DNA of 64,000 nt from the human T2T-CHM13v2.0 reference genome, Homo sapiens. A program made the position numbers and the translations under genes. Shown one piece after another: positions 58,862 to 64,000 of the stretch. Each line of letters starts with the position of its first letter. Within the stretch, counting starts at the first letter, position 1. The notes beneath the pieces were generated by a model that made no database searches, was not told the DNA's origin, and saw only the letters and a program-made list of their open reading frames with translations. The stretch lies in assembly GCF_009914755.1 (NCBI RefSeq), contig NC_060936.1; one strand, written 5' to 3'.

Positions 58862-59767
58862 CTTTGTGGTTTTATCTACTTTTGGTCTTTGATGATGGTG
58901 ATGTACAGATGGGTTTTCGGTGTAGATGTCCTTTCTGGTTGTTAGTTTTGCTTCTAACAGACAGGACCCTCAGCTGCAGGTCTGTTGGAATACCCTGCCG
59001 TGTGAGGTGTCAGTGTGCCCCTGCTGGGGGGTGCCTCCCAGTTAGGCTGCTCGGGGGTCAGGAGTCAGGGACCCACTTGAGGAGGCAGTCTGCCCGTTCT
59101 CAGATCTCCAGCTGCGTGCTGGGAGAACCACTGCTCTCTTCAAAGCTGTCAGACAGGGACACTTAAGTCTGCAGAGGTTACTGCTGTCTTTTTGTTTGTC
59201 TGTGCCCTGCCCCCAGAGGTGGAGCCTACAGAGGCAGGCAGGCCTCCTTGAGCTGTGGTGGGCTCCACCCAGTTCGAGCTTCCCGGCTGCTTTGTTTACC
59301 TAAGCAAGCCTGGGCAATGGCGGGCGCCCCTCCCCCAGCCTCGTTGCCGCCTTGCAGTTTGATCTCAGACTGCTGTGCTAGCAATCAGCGAGATTCCGTG
59401 GGCGTAGGACCCTCCGAGCCAGGTGTGGGATATAGTCTCGTGGTGCGCCGTTTCTTAAGCCGGTCTGAAAAGCGCAATATTCGGGTGGGAGTGACCCGAT
59501 TTTCCAGGTGCGTCCGTCACCCCTTTCTTTGACTGGGAAAGGGAACTCCCTGACCCGTTGCGCTTCCCAGGTGAGGCAATGCCTCGCCCTGCTTCGGCTC
59601 GCGCACGGTGCGCACACACACTGGCCTGCGCCCACTGTCTGGCACTCCCTAGTGAGATGAACCCGGTACCTCAGATGGAAATGCAGAAATCACCGTCTTC
59701 TGCGTCGCTCACGCTGGGAGCTGTAGACCGGAGCTGTTCCTATTCGGCCATCTTGGCTCCTCCCCCC
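58862..59767 (-). promoter_or_regulatory. L1 5'UTR: CpG-rich internal sense promoter (YY1 site intact) and antisense promoter
   Basis: 906-nt 5'UTR with the CAAGATGGCCG YY1 site near its 5' end; CpG-rich. Confidence 0.9.
59317..59532 (+). CDS. L1 antisense ORF0 (71 aa)
   Basis: MAGAPPPASLPPCSLISDCC...RHPFL*, the primate L1 ORF0 sequence; ATG at 59317. Confidence 0.88.
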   Translation: MAGAPPPASLPPCSLISDCCASNQRDSVGVGPSEPGVGYSLVVRRFLSRSEKRNIRVGVTRFSRCVRHPFL

Positions 59768-59781
59768 CCCTCTCATTCTTT

Positions 59782-59929
59782 GAGGTGCCCCATGGTCCTG
59801 GGTCTTGAATATTCCTTGTTGGTTTCCCTTGCCCCTGACCACACCTTTGTAAACTAGCCCTTCATTCATCTGTCCTCAATTACATGGTTTGAGTGCATAG
59901 CCCTTTCCTGCCAGGGTCCTGACTGATAC
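59782..59929 (+). mobile_element. ERVL LTR (LTR33-like), right part
   Basis: ccttgttggtttccct...cacacctttgtaaa...cctgactgatac; resembles the LTR at 28190-28590. Confidence 0.55.
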
Positions 59930-60009
59930 GGGGGAGGTCTCTGCCATGATCCATGCCTACTTAGGATCTAGAGGAGATGGGAAGCTGTGGTGAGTCTTCC
60001 ACGCTCCTG

Positions 60010-60095
60010 GGAGGTAGCAATAGGATAGAAGTTCTGGAGGTAGCAATAGAATAGAAGGTCTGGATGTAGCAATAGAATAGAAGCAATAGAATAAG
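60010..60095. repeat. ~26-bp tandem repeat x3 (ggaggtagcaatagRatagaagKtct)
   Basis: Seen directly. Confidence 0.85.
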
Positions 60096-60329
60096 CACCA
60101 GCTTCAGACAAAAAGTCTCTGAAAGTACACGCAATGGGAAGCTCTAAGTAGAGCTCCACTAGAAAGAGCTTGGAGCTGTAGGTCAGAGGACAGAGGCCCA
60201 ACACTTCCTTGCTGTGAGGCCCTGGAGAAAATCACCTCCTGTCTCTGAGTCTTATCTTGTCATCTGTAAAATGGAAATGATAATAGAGCCTACAGTATCG
60301 AGTTGTACTGGGGAGTTTATGACATCCTG

Positions 60330-61680
60330 TCATTCATTCACTCAATTATTCCTTCATTCAACAAATATGTATTGTGTCCTCCTATGTGTCTGGGAATGTG
60401 CTGAGTGCTGGGCACACAGTAGGGAAAAGAAGAGGTACTGCTCTTACCCTCAGGGAAAGAGATATAAGTAAGCAAAGAGCCGCACAAATAAATATCCAAT
60501 TATTCACTGTGAAAAGCCCTCTTGCGAGGGGCTCCATTTGGATGGAAAAATCCTCTCTGAGGAAGTGACAGATGTTTGAGCTGAGTCTTGGAGGAGAAGG
60601 AAGGTTAGCCAGGTAGGAAAGGTGACCCACGTATAGACAACAGAACATCCCAAGGTGGAGGTGATTGTAGGAGGAACCATGAGTGATGGGGAAGTAGAAG
60701 ATGGTGGCAGGTGGCAGGAACCAGGCCAATCGGGGCCTTGTACACCTCAGTGAGGGATCTGTATTTTATTCTGAGTGCAAGGTCTGATTTGTGGCTTGAA
60801 GGACCACTCTGGCGGGTATGTAAAGGACAGACTAGGGAAGGGACAGGAACAGAGTCTGGGAGACCAGCAAGGACTGCCACAGTTGCCCAAGTGAGGCTTG
60901 ATGGTGGCTTAGACCTGAGTATTGGCTGTGTAGGTGGAGGAAATAAACTGAAGCAGAGATGGTTGTCAGTCCCCCAAGGGTTCATACTCTATTTCCCTAG
61001 TTTATAGTTGTGGCTGGGAAGCAGCCAGAGACTACATTTCCCAGAGTCCTTTGCATCTGGATGAGGTCATGTGACTGGTTGTCACCAATGAAATGAGGGC
61101 AGAAGTGATGGCATCACCTCTGGGCTGAAGTGGTTAGGAGCAGGTGTGTCTTCCCTGCCTTCTCTTTTCCTGTCTGTTAGCTGGAGGCAAAGGCCATAGG
61201 GGATGGCAGAGCCGTAGATGAGAGTTCCCTACATCCGTGAATCACCATCTGAACCCTTCATTAGATTTCACTTGGTTGCAGAATAAACTCCTATCATATT
61301 GAGTTACTGAGATTACAGGGTCTCTTTGTTACAGCAGCTAGCCCTACTGTAACCAACCTATGGACAGATTAGTTGAACAGATGGAACCAGCAGGACTTGG
61401 TTATTGTGAATTAGCAAGGAGGTGAAGAATAACTTCTCAGTTTTAGCTTGAACAACTATGGAGATGGAGTTGATGTTTTCTGAGCTGAAGATGATATCAG
61501 AGAATTCGTTTTTTCTTTCTTTATGGGAATCAAGAGTCAAGTTTAGAACATGGATGTTTGCAATGTCTGGGAGACATCTGAGTGGATATATCAAGTAGAA
61601 AGTTAGATATAAGGATTCAAAAGAGGTCTGGGCTGGTGACGTAGTTTAGGGATTTGTTGTCTTGTAGGTAGTATTTAAAG
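60330..61680 (-). mobile_element. L2 fragments flanking an MLT1
   Basis: cattcattca...cattcaacaaatat...ctgaggaagtgac...ttttagcttgaacaactatggagatgg. Confidence 0.6.
61000..61357. mobile_element. MLT1 (MaLR) LTR inserted in L2
   Basis: actacatttcccagag...catgtgactggtt...aataaactc...tttgttacagcagc. Confidence 0.6.
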
Positions 61681-63289
61681 TACTTAGTAGGTACTCAATA
61701 AACATTCTTTGAATCAGATGATGTAAATCATCTTTTCCTCACTTCTACCGAGCCTTTGGAAGTAGGTGGGCAAGAATCATCCAAAAGTGATTTAAACGCC
61801 CCCCAAAAACCCTGCAGCAAGCTGAAGAACTATCAATTCCTTGCTTTGCTCTTGTATGCCCATTGAAGAGCCTCTCTGAGCTCAGAGGAGCCTGAGAATC
61901 AAGCTATTCAAAGGCTGAATGAAGGTAATGCTGATGATGCTTAAAACCGCCTTCCCGCTGCATTGGGTAAAACACTCATCTTTGATGCAATGAAAACCAC
62001 TTGAATGTCTGCCTTTTATTCCTTCAAACAGCTTCACCTCATAGGCCAGGATTTGAAACAGTGTAAAAAAGGCAAGGCTGGACTTCACCTGCCTCTGGCG
62101 AGGCCTCTTGTGCCCTTCCCAGGCTACAGGTATTTTACTCCATGGGGGTTTTGGTGGGATTCTGGGTAGGCCAGGAAGCAGTGTGGCTAGGAAGAGACCT
62201 CCAGGCAAAGTTGACGCTGTCACCCAGATGGCCTATAATCCAGGGTAGTAAACTCAGACGCTTGCAGGAGTCAACCAGTCAATGAGTCAGAGAAATGGGT
62301 CACATGGGGACCTTAAGAACCAGAGAACTCAGGTCATGGGTAATTGGTACAATTTGGCTCCAGCCCATTTGTTACCACGTGGAACACAAGTCCAGTATTG
62401 GTGGGTCTTCTGAATTTTCAAAAGAAGCCCCAAATTCAGATTTGATATGAAATTTTCTGAGTTTTAAATGCTGGCAAAGGGTTCCATTTTAAAAAGGGCA
62501 CTGGGGGGCCAAACAAAGAATTTGTACATGGTGCCAGTGATGCCTGGGCTTGCAATCAGCTTGAAACCCTTGGGGAGCTGTGGAGCAGACGCGTGCCTCC
62601 TTCTCAATCAGTTGTCCAAGGGGACATACCATTTGGGAATTGTGATTGAACCAACACACGCTCTTTGACTCAGCCACAGAAATTGCGAGCTATAATTATG
62701 GTTCTTTTAATTCCTCCTTTAATTAGGTAACATTTAAAGTTTTTCAACAAGTGAGAAAAAGAAAAGATAAAGACTGAGAAAGAACTAGAATTCAAGAAAG
62801 AGCTAGAATTTGAACCTGGGGGCTATGTGTGTCTTATCCACTGCTGTAAGCCAGGGCTGGGTGCACAAAAAATGTTGCTGAATAAAGTACTGAATGAAAG
62901 TAGAAAAGTCACAGAGCCAAGTTTGCATGTTTCAGGGTGTGGAAGGGTGGCCCAGTGGTTTCCCAAGCCCCACATTTTAGTTCTATTACATCTAAATTAT
63001 TCGCTGAAGAGGACATCTATAGGATGCTGGTGCAATGTATGAATGTACGATGGTTCCCATTGAGGAACATGAACTTAGTGTTACCAAGCTCTGTGTGTGG
63101 CTGACCTGGCATTCTCTTTTCCCTTCTCTCCCCGCTAGAATTCCCCTCCAGCCTTTAAATTGTAGCTCCAGACTGTACCACATATGAAGCTTTTATTGAC
63201 TCCCCCAGACAATAATAGCAGCAATAACAGTCCCATTTAATGAACAACTACTACCTGGTAACATTGTCCTGGATGTCTGTAATGATAAC

Positions 63290-63675
63290 ATTTTAGACAC
63301 CTGGCCATAGTGGTGAGTACACATGACTAAGGCCTGGCCAATCATAGCACCTCATACCCTTCCCCTAAAGTGATTGGTCTGAAAGGTAAGCAAGTGACTC
63401 AAGCAGGGCCAATCAGGCCTCTTCCCTGGAACTAATATACTGTTGCTGGGTGAAGGAAGCTGTCTTCCTGCTGAGGCTGCTAAGCTGAAGCTATTAGTGG
63501 TATAGTTACTGCCGCTTGGGAAAGGCTCATCTGCAGGAGAAGAGACTGAGGTTTATACAAATCAAGAGAAGAGACAAGCAGAGAACAGAGGAAACTGTGG
63601 ATGTAATGCATTCCTTTATGTGTCTCCTTGGAGTGGGGTTTTTGTCATTTACAACCAAAAGAATCCTGACAGATA
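63290..63675. mobile_element. MLT1 (MaLR) LTR
   Basis: catgactaaggcctggccaatca...gtgactcaagcagggccaatca...aaagaatcctgacagataca. Confidence 0.6.
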
Positions 63676-64000
63676 CAGCCCATTATATACGTTGTCATAC
63701 TGAACTGTCTTAAGAACCCTGTGACACTGATATCAATAACCCTCATTTTATAGATTAGGAAATTAAGGCTCAGAGAGGTGAAGTGACTAGCCCAAGGCCA
63801 CACAGCCACTAAGAGGATGGTTTGATGACTCTGGATGCTCTATTTCCATTGTGTTGCTCTGCCTGTCTTGATAAACCAGTTGTCCGGGTTAGAGCAAGCT
63901 AACAACACAAAATATCATTATTATTACTGTAGGGCAGGAATGTCTCCCCAACTAAGAAATCTACTGTTTCAGGGTTAGAAGGAACTTGAATTCAGCTGAG

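Noticed and set aside
60010-60095. Short direct repeats superficially like a CRISPR array
   Set aside because: Human DNA, head-to-tail units without unique spacers, and no cas genes; an ordinary minisatellite.

Overview
Human genomic DNA from the 5' region of NOS1 (neuronal nitric oxide synthase; chr12q24 from recall), transcribed on the minus strand. It contains the 1145-nt exon 2 (8548-7404; start ATG at 8128; PDZ domain and dynein-light-chain motif). About 30 kb upstream is a CpG-island cluster of alternative non-coding first exons: a TATA-driven exon with a (TG)17TA(TG)13 VNTR, and a second GC-rich exon. The standout element is a full-length L1HS Ta-1d LINE-1 (59767-53664) with open ORF1, ORF2 and ORF0 and a 14-bp TSD. 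It is in the NOS1 sense orientation and sits inside an old ERVL-type LTR. The rest is mostly Alu, MIR, L2, old L1, MER and LTR fragments plus microsatellites. I found no convincing wholly new gene system. The most promising hypotheses are L1-driven NOS1 transcripts, a first-exon-dependent uORF array, an extended CTCF site and several unexplained local repeats. Repeat subfamily names and exon-1 letters come from recall, not from a database search, and most repeat boundaries are approximate.
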